Source: Mobula hypostoma
Lineage: Eukaryota
Length of the DNA stretch: 64,000 nt
Direction: 5' to 3'
Assembly: GCF_963921235.1 (NCBI RefSeq)
Contig: NC_086108.1
Span: 89,840,001-89,904,000 of the forward strand
In this document: positions 25,978 to 37,419 of the stretch, one piece after another
Layout: the number at the start of each line of letters is the position of its first letter
Position numbering within the stretch: the first letter of the stretch is position 1
Notes under the pieces: model-generated
What the model was told of the DNA's origin: nothing
What the model saw: only the letters and a program-made list of their open reading frames with translations
Databases searched by the model: none
Program-made: the position numbers and the translations under genes

Positions 25978-26315
25978 AGGGTACTGAAAACCAGTGACCA
26001 TCAACTGGCTGGAATATTCAAGGGCATCTTCAACCTCTCACTGCTGCAGTCCAAGACTCCCACCCGCTTCAAAAAGGGCATCATTCCCGTATTCAGGAAG
26101 AACAGGACGAGCTGCTTCAATGACTATTGCCCAGTACCACTCAGAGCTATAGCAATGAAGTGCTTCCGGAGGTAGATCATGGCTAAAATTAACTCTTGCC
26201 CGAGCAGGACCTGGACCCGGTGCAACTCGCCCTCCGCCACAATAGATGCAATCTCACTGGCCCTTCACTCTGCTTTGCAATACCTTGACAACCGCACTTG
26301 CTATTGTGCAAGTGG
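25978..26315 (+). mobile_element. Rex1/Babar RT fragment
   Basis: QLAGIFKGIFNLSL...NDYCPVPLRAIAMKCF...DAISLALHSAL. Confidence 0.75.
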
Positions 26316-26329
26316 TTCTGATTTAGACC

Positions 26330-26990
26330 CAAAATATCGACATGTCCTTTCCTGCACACTCCGCCACAGACTGCTTGCTGCACGACCTGCGGAGATCCTG
26401 CAGCAGATTCCGGCGTCGGTATCAATATAAGCAATCTTAACAACCGCGACATTAACCAAAGCAATAGAATCAGTTCTAACAAGTACAGCGATTGTGGCAA
26501 TCAGTTCAGAGTTTTACAGCGTCTCCCGCAAACTTTGCTCGCTCCTGCGGAAGTTGTGCAGGTTGCCTGGGCGCTGATCGAGAATACCAGCCGCTAACCG
26601 GGGGTCAGCCCGGGGGGAGGGGAGTACAGCAGCCTTCGACCCCACCCACCTCACCTTACTGAACACCTCCAGATCGTCGTCATCCTCCTCGTCGTCGGCG
26701 AAGCCCAGCACGCCCTTGGAAAGTGAGTGCGGAGCCAACCGAGGGACTTTGTCACTGGCCGTGCCGCCTTCCATCGTCCCGACTGCCGGGGGGACGGGGG
26801 ACGAGAAGGGCGCCTCAACTCCCGTTCGGAGTCTCCTTCTGCGCAGGCGCAGACCGGCTCCCACTCCACCGGAAGTGACGTCTCCCCCTGCCAAGAAGAC
26901 GGAGGGCAGATTGAAGGGGCAACCTGGCCGCATGCTACACGCATGCGCACCTCTTCTTCCTCTGCCCAGATGTTAGTTGAGAAGTGGGTA
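26330..26990 (-). promoter_or_regulatory. CpG-island promoter/5' region of SNX7
   Basis: Locally GC- and CpG-rich against an AT-rich, CpG-depleted background. NRF1-type motifs TGCGCAGGCGCA (26840-26851) and ACGCATGCGCA (26939-26949). ETS-CRE composite CCGGAAGTGACGTC (26869-26882). Confidence 0.85.
26655..26774 (-). CDS. SNX7: First coding exon of sorting nexin 7 (40 aa, MEGGTASDKVPRLAPHSLSKGVLGFADDEEDDDDLEVFSK)
   Basis: ATG at 26774-26772. The exon ends AAG|GTGAGG, a phase-0 donor. The C-terminal DDDLEVFSK matches my recollection of the end of vertebrate SNX7 exon 1 (DEDEDDLEVFSK). It lies in the only CpG-rich island of the window. Downstream exons were not found in the window. Confidence 0.88.
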
Positions 26991-27254
26991 TGGAGGATGT
27001 CTTCGTGATTCGTTACGGGGCAACTCCAATCACGGTGCATAGTTTCTAAAAAATGTACAGGAGCAAAACCAAATAACAAAATCAGGTTGTTCAGATTCAG
27101 ATTAATTTATTCATTACATGTACTTCGAAATCGCTCATTTAAATGGTGGTTGTTGGAACCCAAATGTCCAAAGTGAATAAAATGTTGCAAGCATTTAGTT
27201 CACCCCCATGCAATTAGAGTTATAAAGTTACGTGGTAGTACAATCACTCAAGTC

Positions 27255-29090
27255 AAGAAAGACACTCTCCTCAAGGGTTGTCTGTTGGTGGCTGTAGAGG
27301 TCGATTCAGGATCCACATATCCTGGGCCAGTGTGTGGACACAAGAAGTAACCTGTGGCTGTGGTTAGTGTTTGGACCTTCTGGTTGCTCAGGCTGTACTT
27401 TCACAGCAAGTGCTTGCTCTCTGCAACACACAGTGGAGGTCACCCGTAGCACAGCTCCCTCTTGAACAGGTTTGCCCAGGCAGTTCGCCTACCGGAGCAA
27501 CAGGTCAACGGCAGATGCCATCTACCTGGCCCTACATTCCTCCTTAGAAGACCTGGAGAATAACAACGCATATGTAAGTTTCCTTTTCATTGACTACAGC
27601 TCTGCCTTTAATACCATCATTCCAAATAAACTAATTCCTAAGCTCCGGAACCTTGGCCTTAGCACTCAGATCTGCAGCTGGATCTTCAGCTTCCCCACAG
27701 ACTGGACCCAGGCAGTTAAAATAGGGAACAAGCTCTCCTCTACAATCACTCAGAGCACCGGTACCCCGCAAGGCTGTGTACTCAGCCCCCTGCTGTACTC
27801 ACTGTACACCCATGATTGTGTAGCCAAGTTTCCATCGAACTCAATATATAAGTTAGCTGATGACACAACAATTGTAGGCCATATCTCGGGTAATGATGAG
27901 TTTGAGTACAGAGAGGAAATTAAGGACCTGGTGGCATGGTGCGAAGACTATAACCTATCCCTCAACGTCAGCAAGACGAAGGAATTGGTTGTTGACTTCA
28001 GAAGGAGTAGCGGACCGCACGACCCAATTTACATCGGTGGTGCGCAAGTGCAACAGGTCAAAAGCTTTAAGTTCCTCGGGGCCAATATCACAAATGACCT
28101 GACTTGGTCCAACCAAGCAGACTCCACTGCCAAGAAGGCCCACCAGCGCCTTTACTTCCTGAGAAAGCTAAAGAAATTTGGCCTGTCCCCTAAAACCCTC
28201 ACTAATTTTTATAGCTGCACCGTAGAAAGCATTCTTCTAGGGTGCATCACAACCTGGTATGGAAGTTGTCCTGTGCAAGACCGGAAGAAGCTGCAGAAAA
28301 TCGTGAACACAGCCCAGCGCATCACACAAACCAATTTTCCGTCTTTGGACTCACTTTACACCGCACGCTGTCGGAGCAGTGCTGCCAGGATAATCAAGGC
28401 CACGACCCACCCAGCCAACACACTTTTCGTCCCTCTTCCCTCCGGGAGAAGGTTCAGGAGCTTGAAGAGTCGTATGGCCAGATTTGGGAACAGCTTCTTT
28501 CCAACTGTGATAAGACTGCTGAACGGATCCTGAACCGGATCTGGGCCGTACCCTCCAAATATCTGGACCTGCCTCTCGGTTTTTTTTGCACTACCTTACT
28601 TTCCCTTTTCTATTTTCTATTTATGATTTATAATTTAAATTTTTAATATTTGCTATTGATTTGTAATCCAGGGAGCGCAAAGCGCAGAATCAAATATCGC
28701 TGTGATGATTGTATGCTCTAGTATCAATTGTTTGGCAACAATAAAGTAAAGTAAGGGTTTTCTCCAGGCGCATCTATTGAGTACAATGTCTTCCTGGTCT
28801 TTAGATGTAATATTGAACGTCTTCAACTGATATTGATATTATCATTGTAGCATTTCTTTGGCTCACCAGAGGCTTGCTGACCTTCTTTCAACTGGGAGTA
28901 AAAGGATCTGTTTGGGGAGACATGAGTTAGGCATCAAAATGACATGATCTATCCATTGGAGTTGGCTGGTTGGGCGATGGCTTATATAGGACATGTGACT
29001 TTTTGACATTCAGAATAAGAGCCAGGAGCCTATATACCTTGGCAAAAGCATTCAGGATACATTGGAAGTCTTCTTCAGACCTATTATGCA
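27255..29090 (-). mobile_element. Old RTE-like LINE remnant flanking the Rex1 insertion
   Basis: Minus strand near 28945-28968 encodes QLQWIDHV, cf. the RTE C-terminal QLRWAGHV motif. Degenerate sequence lies on both sides of 27478-28755. Confidence 0.5.
27478..28755 (+). mobile_element. Young 5'-truncated Rex1/Babar LINE with an uninterrupted RT ORF
   Basis: 353-aa ORF without stops ([40 protein letters not shown]). 3' UTR with AATAAA and a (TAAAG)n tail. Confidence 0.93.
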
Positions 29091-29829
29091 GGATAACACC
29101 TTACAGTTACACAGCACAAAAACAGACTCTTTGGTCCAACTCATCCATGCTGACCAAGGTGCCTTTATGAAATCGTCCGATTTGTCTTCTTTTGGCCCAT
29201 ATCCTAACGACGAACCTGTCCAAATATCTTTTAACTATTGTAATTGTACCCTGCTACTATGAAAATAAAATAATTTGGAAAAGGTAGCTTCACTGTAAGT
29301 GGATCTGAATGCAATGCCATTGTCAGTGAACACCTCCCTTTCCTGTATTACAAGGAAGACCACTAAGGCATAGCAGCCTTGGTTTATAATGCACTCTTAT
29401 AATGACAACAACCATGCTAAGGAGTTTACGGGAGCTACCAAAAAATAAAAATCACACTGAATAAGTTGGGAAATTAGCGAACCATTAGAGGAACTGAAGT
29501 TGATTGGGCCAAGGGTAGTAAAATTTCCTGTTTATCCTGGTGTCTCATGACTGCATACATTTCATGTAAGCTTCTCTTAAAGCTCCCTTGTATGAAATAT
29601 ACAACTTCACTATGACCAACCTCTTCTCATGGTTACATTTTCCATAACTTTTTCTAGTCCTGGCAGAATACTCATGAATATCATTTCCAGTGGCAACAAG
29701 TATTTCCTATAGGGCAGTAATCAGAATACAATACTCAAATATCATATTAAGCATTTGAATCTTATCTCAAATTCTATACTCTTATAATGTATAGTCCTAC
29801 AGAACCTGATTGCCTTGTGACGCATTAAC

Positions 29830-30945
29830 CTTAAAAAAGTTGGAATAGGACGCAGAGCCTGCAGGAATTGAGGTTATATATTGGTGTAACTAGGGGACAG
29901 GCTAACAGAAAACTAGGATAAATGGTTCACTTTTGGGTCAGCAATGGGTAACCAGTGGAAAAGATAGTATTTGTAGTGGTCAATATTCGGGCCTCAATTG
30001 TTACAATCTCTAATAACCTGGATAAAGAATCCGAACGTACTGCAGGTTATCCACTTTTGAAAGAAGAAATGAAGAAGTAAATTCCCCTCTGCCCCACCAT
30101 TTTTTTACATTTTAGCAACTACACCCTTCCTTTCCAATCCTGAAGAAGGGTCTCGGTTGAAATCCTGACCTTTTGAATTCCTCCAGCATTTTGTTTGTGT
30201 TACTTTGGATTTCCAGCACCGCAGAACCTCTCATGTTTATAAAGCAAAATATTATTTAAATTGAGTGAGACTACAAAAATGCTGAGGTAAAATGAAATGT
30301 GTGTGAAATACAAGAGATCTATGTGTGTGTACAGCAAGTTGGCAGAAAGTCTAAAGGTATGTTAGCCTTTATTGTAATAGTAAAAGTAGGCAAGTAGGGA
30401 AGGTTTAATGCATATTTACAGGACACTGCTTAGACTATACCTGGGGCACTGTACGCAGTTTTGATTTCCATAAAAAAATCAGTATTCTGATTTCTCGGAT
30501 GAATAAGTTGACATATGAAGAGAGCTTGAGCGAGATTACAATTTGGAGTTCAAGCGAATGAGTGCAGTCTTACTGAAATATGCACTATGTTGCATACAGT
30601 ACATGCAACATGAGGGGAATTATCAGGGTGGATGCAAAGATGATGTTTCCCCTAGTTTAATCCAAGTGGCATAACTTGGTTAAAGCTATGGGCATCATCT
30701 CAGGTGGATGGGAGAAAGAATTTCTTCTCTAAAGACGGTGACGCTTTGGAATTTTCAGAGAACAGTGGAGGTGGAATTATGGAATATATTCAGCACAGAG
30801 ATTACAGGTATTTGAACTACAAGGGAGTCAAGAGCACAGGGTAAAAGTTAAAAATTGATGTTGAGACTCTGATTTAGTGTAGTGGAGAGGATGTGAGAGG
30901 CCTATTGAACTATTCCTGCTCCAGTACTTTTATGTTCCTATACCT
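29830..30945 (+). mobile_element. Very degenerate CR1 3' half containing a Penelope-derived repeat (about 30085-30240)
   Basis: CR1-like tail CTATTCCTGCTCC...TTATGTTC. Internal CCTGAAGAAGGGTCTCGGTTGAAA...CTCCAGCATTTTGTTTGTG. Confidence 0.55.
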
Positions 30946-32027
30946 CTCTATGTTTGCTTTCCTTACTTGAAAAAGTGAGAGACTTTCAACAATTTCCTTC
31001 TCACTGAGTGTTAGTAGAGAGAACACAGATAGAGATCTAGATGTTTAATCTGCAATAAAAAAATGGCATCTTTGAAAAAACGATCACAATTTTAGATTTA
31101 AGAAGTTTTATTTTAATAGGGCTGCAATTAACCAAACACCACCCACCTCACATAGGAAGTAACAAAGTTAGTTTGAGTCCTAAAAGTCCCAGAGTCATAG
31201 AACACTACAGCGAAGAAACAGGCCCTTCAGCCCATCTAGTCCATGTTGAACTATTATGAAATAGTAACAAAGTTGAGAAAATCTGTAGATACTGAACAGT
31301 CTCACCCTGAAACTTTGGCTCTGTTTTCCAGATATGCAGCCTGGCCTGCAGAATTCCTCTGGCATTTTGGGTGTGTTGCTAAGAAATAATAAAACTGACA
31401 CATAAATAGATAATGTACAGTTCATATCATGTATATACAATTAGTTACATAATAAGGACAACCTTTGGAAGCAGTGTTTTGTTTATAGAATTTAAAGGCA
31501 CTGTAAGCGTATACAGCAACAACTAATTCTCGGATTAATAAGCATTGTGTACAAATATTCATGGAAAGTAACACAAGTTGGATCATGACCTAAAAGTCAT
31601 GGTGCCATAGATCACTACAGAAACAGGCCATTCGGCCCATCTGGTCTGTGTTGAACTTATAAATTTAATAGTTTAATAGGGGACATTCATCAATATTAAT
31701 GCTAAGAAGTGTTCCTACCTACCTGAGAGTTGTATGTGAATATTAATAGATGAGATTATACTTATTAGCTAATAAATTTGTATATGACATACACATGACT
31801 TTACTCTAAATTTATTCTGATCAGGTCAGTCATGACTTCATTTTTTTGAAAATATCCCCACTTCAATTTCCTTTGATGCTTCACAAGTGTTTGTACTTAA
31901 AAAGTTACACATCTTATGGTATATGTAAATATATTAAATATTTTAACTGGATATAATGAAAGAATGCTTTTAAGGTGCCTTCAAATATCTCCAGTTAAAT
32001 ATCACCTATTTCCTCCATATCATCCTC

Positions 32028-32047
32028 TATCCACTAGATGGTGCTGT
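32028..32047 (+). promoter_or_regulatory. Candidate CTCF site
   Basis: TATCCACTAGATGGTGCTG matches the CTCF core CCAC[CT]AG[AG]TGG[CT]GC. It lies in unique sequence about 5 kb upstream of SNX7. Confidence 0.55.
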
Positions 32048-34579
32048 TGTATAGGTTTGCTTTGCTAAACAGCTGCTTTCCAATATCTGCCCTAACTCTG
32101 ATTCTTCAAGATGAACCAATGAAAAACTATTAATGACATGTTTTAATAAAATTTCCACATACTTATTTTTGAAACTATTAATATATTATTGATATATTAT
32201 TGTTGAATTATTAATATAAAATATTTATTCAGTTGTGTTCATTTGGGATAGGCCATCTCATTTGTATGTTCATCGAAGAAAAAGACGAACAATACATTTT
32301 ACAAAGTTGTGAAGATTTGCTAATGATAACACAATTAAAGAGGTATGGAGCGTATTTACCTCTAGACTATAATTAAATAATTATGATAACTTTGGGAGAA
32401 TAATTGAAGAAAAATTCTAGAGATAAAAGAAATCAGTTTTTGTTATCACCTTTAAAGATTTCACAAATATAAAACAATAGTACTCTCAGAAAACACAAGC
32501 TAATAAAATATATGTCTGCATACTATAATAACACTTCGATTGACATTCAGTGATGACACTGTCAAGATAAAAATTATCTCAGGAAACTAATGCTAATTCT
32601 GCAGATGTGTGTTGATTTTTTATTTGGTAATTTGTATGAATTCCTAATTTATATTCTGTCAATTATAAAGGAAATCATTTGACCAACATAATATGAATAT
32701 AATAACAGTATACATGTATCATAAAGAAATCAAAAGAAGCAATCACGTGTATTAAACTGCTTTCTCTATATTCTAAGATTATTTATAATTTAATAATAAT
32801 ATTTGAGAATATAAATAAAATACAAATTTATGGCAAGTTTTCTCTGGCATTATATAAAATAATTGTTCACTGAAATTTGTCTACAACAATAGCTACGGGG
32901 ATTAATTTCAAGTGGCCCTTTAAAATGCTGAAATGCTGAAATGTGATTCAGTGCTTTATTGTTCAAATTAAATCTGGAATCCGAACTTGGAGAGAGGTAC
33001 AATAATAAAAGAGAATAATTTTACTGCTGGTTATAATCTTACAGAACTCACATATGAAGTTGAAATATGCATTCCACATGAAGTAGTGATATTGGAGTTA
33101 CAATTCATCTTTGGCAGTAGCTGTACACAGATGATGGCCTGGAAACTATGACATAAAATTATCAGTGTTGTCTGTGGTCATGCGTGGGCCAGAATGACTA
33201 TTTTTCTCATGGGATGCTGACGTTGGGTGCCATTCATTCATAATTACACACTCACATCTCGTGGCCTTCAGGTTTGCGGGGACAGAAGATCAGTTGTCGG
33301 AGGTCTGATTGGGGCATTCCAAGGAGAGAAGAAGGGAGTTTGGCCAATCAGAGGAGCAAAACCTGAGCTGAGGGAAAGAGTAAAAACAGATTTAGTTCTC
33401 TGTTGGGAAGTACAGACATGGTTGGCTGGATGACTAGGGTTGTAGTTGCAATGGGGCCAATAATGACTAACGATTCAAGGCTGGGGGAAATAGGGAGGGA
33501 GATGGACTGGAGAAAGTCTTGGGTCTGGGCAAATGTGGCTGTTAACTTTGAACATTGAACAATGTGACCAGTATAATATCACCTGCTTCGCTATAAGGTA
33601 ACAGTCTTGAGAGAAATCAAAATCAGAATCAGATTTAATATCCCTGACATATGTCATGAAATTTGTTGCTTTGTGGCAGCAGTACATTGTAATACATAAA
33701 AATATAACAAATTACAATAAGATATATATAAACATTTAAATCAATAATTAGTGCAAAAAGAGAGCAAAAGTAGTGAGGTAGTGTTCATGGGTTGATTCAT
33801 TGTTCATTCAGAAATCTGATGGCGCAGGGGAAGAAACTGTTGCTAAGATGTTGACTATGTGTCTTCAGGTTCCTGTACCTCCTCTCTGATGCTAGTAAAA
33901 AGAAGACAGATAATTGAAAATAACATCAAGAATAAAGGCCATTACTTTTTTTTTAAACTCTCTTCCATGTCTGCATTAGATTATCTAGCAACAAGGTTAT
34001 GCATTCACATCTTACTTTGGAGACTAGAGCACAAAGATGAATCTGACAGACCAATGTAACGTTGAAAGAAAGATAAACTGTAGGACTGCCATCTTTCAAA
34101 AGAATGCAGTTGAACATATAAATATATTGTGATTGTATTCAACAACAAATAGAGAATTACTCTTGTGTTCTGGGCAAAATATCTTTTCAAGCTGAAAGGT
34201 ATTACCTGTTTCTTTTTTCAAAATCAAATTTGTGATTGTGTATGTGAAAATTAACTGCTCCTATATCAGGGACTACCCCTTAAAAGCATTAAATTGATGA
34301 TAAGGTGCTTTGGGACATCCCAGAATTTTACATACATCTTTTAAATGCCAATCTTCCCCTTTTGCTTACATCTTCTTCTCAGGAAAACATAATAACAAAA
34401 AGATGACCTTTGCTCAATTTTTCAGAGCATCAGCACCGAGTGAAGCACTTGGAATGGCACCTCAGAAAACCTTTGCAAGGAACATGATGTTGCCTTGGTG
34501 ATATTGAGCTGATTGTTGGCGTTTTTCATGCTGCTCTCTGAGGGGACTTGGTGTATCATTGCTAGTATGTTAACAAGCA

Positions 34580-35165
34580 CAGTGGTCTTTAGATGCACGC
34601 AACTGAATGCCAATGCAGTCAGAACCAAATTTGCCAATTTTTACAGGAGCACCATTGAGAGTGACCTGACCAGCTGCATCACTCTCCAGTATGAGAATTG
34701 AAAGGCATCTGACCACAAAGGATTGCAAAGTCTGCTGAGAAGATCACTGGGGGTCTCTTCCACCCAGCCGAAGGCCCTTAGCATTGTCAATGATCCTTCC
34801 GATCCGTCCAAGAATCACTTTAACACACTACCATCAGGCAGGTGGTACCACTGCATTTGGAGAACAACTGCTAGGATAGGGAACAGCTTCTTACCCCAGG
34901 CCGTGAGACAGGGGTAATTCCCTGCTTCCAACCAGGTCTCATGACATATGAAGCGAGAATAGCGTTATATGGTTTACTTTCTAACTTGTATCATAAATGC
35001 ACTGTATTGTTTGTTAATTTATTTGTGGTAATATCACTTTACATTTTGTGTGTGAGTTATATGTATTATAAGTGCACCTTGGTCCAGAGGAACATTGTTT
35101 TATTTGATGGTATACATGCCTATGGTTAAAATGTCAATGAACTTGAAGTAGAACTTGGACTTGAA
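34580..35165 (+). mobile_element. Rex1/Babar 3' fragment
   Basis: NFYRSTIESDLTSCIT and LPSGRWY...NSFLPQAVR, with a GAACTT tail. Confidence 0.75.
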
Positions 35166-35889
35166 CTTAGAAGCCTAGACTCACCATCTTCCCCATCTCC
35201 AACTTGACCAAATCCCAGCAAAGTAGGTAAGAAACTTCTCCCCTGCTTGAACAGAGCAGTGTGAATTGGGGCTAGGGTGTAGATTGTGTAGAGGCAGTTT
35301 CTGGGGCTGATCACCAGCCTGATGTTGACAGGAACCACAATTTTGAAGATGGGGCAGGCACAGCCATCATCTTTCTATACAATACTTACAAAAAACAATG
35401 TGTAAATATCATTCTCTGGAGGCAACCCAACATAAAGCATACACATTATAACGAGCTTCATCAATAAACACCTAAAATGTTCATCAAACCATTACATGAG
35501 AATAGAAGAAAATAATTTGAAATGATAATAAATAAAAAGAACAGATGGGATAGATATTCAAATTATTCTATATTTTATCTTGTTGCTTCAATAAAATAAT
35601 ATACATGATTTTTATCTCCCAATAATCTTATAACCCGGAAAACTATTTATATCTATCTTGATTTAAATCTTTTTGTGTCAGCTTTAGTACTGTGCATACT
35701 GTTAATTCCATGCTATTCCTATACAGTGACAATAAGAACAAAGATAATTTACATGCTTTATTTCTCTCTGTCCATTTGATATATGATACTTCCAGAAAAT
35801 TCAAACTAAAGTGGAACCTAATGAGAAAGAACTTCTTTTGGCCCAGTAAAAAAAGTAAATACCTGTCCCAAAGAAAAGTAGGCACTTCC

Positions 35890-36012
35890 TTATATCTGAT
35901 GAAGAGTCTCAGCCAAAAATGTCGATATGGAAATGTTATTCATTTCCACAGATGCTGCCTGATCTGCTGAGTTCCTCCAGCATTGTATGCTTGTTGCTCT
36001 GAACTTCCAGGA
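35890..36012 (+). mobile_element. Penelope-derived short repeat with decayed hammerhead
   Basis: CTGATGA-AGAGTCTCAGCC-AAAA-ATGTC followed by the family tail GATGCTGCCTGATCTGCTGAGTTCCTCCAGCA. Confidence 0.65.
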
Positions 36013-36441
36013 TGCCTTATGTTTATGACTTCCTTGCATCTGAAGAGTTTAGGCATCATTGGTGTGAGGTCCTTGCCCTCACATGGCAAATTCTTAATAT
36101 ACGAGTAGAGTAACAAGTTATGTCAAGGGTCAACTTTTTTTTACTGTATACATTTAAATGTATTAGGAATTTGCTCTCCAAATTTTAAAGCCAGGTTGAG
36201 TTGGTTAAACCCAATTAAATCTATTCAATTGCGAATAGCAATTTCAACAACTGCCTCTCTATCCAGTCATGCATTGAATTCTAGGCATATCCTAGTCACA
36301 GTTGAGTGGAAAGGAATTTGACCTCAGAGTGATGGGGCTAATCTTTGAGTTTTCTCTAATGAGCTGATTTGTGCTGAATTAAACTTTTGTCATGCTGATA
36401 CCAGAAACTTCTTTTCAGCTGCACAAAGATCAACTCAGCTA

Positions 36442-37419
36442 GTGATCAGCAGCACTGGGACTCCACAGGGGACTGTCTTTTCTCCCTTTCTCTTCACCGT
36501 TTACACCTCGGACTTCAACTACTGCACAGAGTCTTGTCATCTTCAGAAGTTTTCTGATGACTCTGCCATAGTTGGATGCATCAGCAAGGGAGATGAGGCT
36601 GAGTACAGGGCTATGGTAGGAAACTTTGTCACATGGTGTGAGCAGAATTATCTGCAGCTTAATGTGAAAAAGACTAAGGAGCTAGTGGTAGATCTGAGGA
36701 GAGCTAAGGCACCGGTGACCCCTGTTTCCATCCGGGGGGTCAGTGTGGACATGGTGGAGGATTACAAATACCTGGGGATACAAATTGACAATAAACTGGA
36801 CTGGTCAAAGAACATTGAGGCTGTCTACAAGAAGGGTCAGAGCCGTCTCTATTTCCTGAGGAGACTGAGGTCCTTTAACATCTGTCGGACAATGCTGAGG
36901 ATGTTCTACGAGTCTGTGGTGGCCAGTGCGATCATGTTTGCTGTTGTGTGCTGGGGCAACAGGCTGAGGGTAGTAGACACCAACAGAATCAACAAACTCA
37001 TTCTTAAGGCCAGTGATGTTGTGAGGATGGAACTGGACTGGAACTGAACAGTGGTGTCTGAAAAGAGGATGCTGTCCAAGTTGCATGCCATCTTGGACAA
37101 TGTCTCCCATCCACTACATAATGTACTGGCTGGGCACAGGAGTACATTCAGCCAGAGACTCATTTCACCGAGATGCAGCACAGAGCATCATAGGAAGTCA
37201 TTCCTGCCTGTGGCCATCAAACTTTACAGCTCCTCCCTTGGAGGGTCAGACACCCTGAGCCAATAGAGCTGGTCCTGGACTCATTTTCTGGCATAATTTA
37301 CACATTACTATTTAACTATTTATGGTTTTATTACTACTTAATTATGTATGGTGCAACTGTAACAAAAACCAATTTCCCCCAGGATCAATAAAGTATGACT
37401 ATGACTATGACTATGACTA
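36442..37419 (+). mobile_element. Rex1/Babar LINE 3' part
   Basis: [26 protein letters not shown] and RLYFLRRL motifs. AATAAA then an (ATGACT)n tail. Confidence 0.92.

Noticed and set aside
1..26654. SNX7 exon 2 and PX-domain exons
   Set aside because: No DLFITVD.PE or VRRRYQDF-like peptide was found on the minus strand by eye or in the ORF track. They probably lie beyond position 1, though a short exon could have been missed.
26514..26933. 139-aa ORF as a single-exon gene or an N-terminally extended SNX7
   Set aside because: The upstream ATG (26933) lies among the promoter motifs, probably before the TSS. The part after LEVFSK runs through a consensus splice donor. Overlapping ORFs here reflect high GC content.
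33307..33350. Inverted pair of CCAAT boxes as a promoter
   Set aside because: There is no CpG island, TSS feature or downstream exon, and the short motifs are expected by chance.
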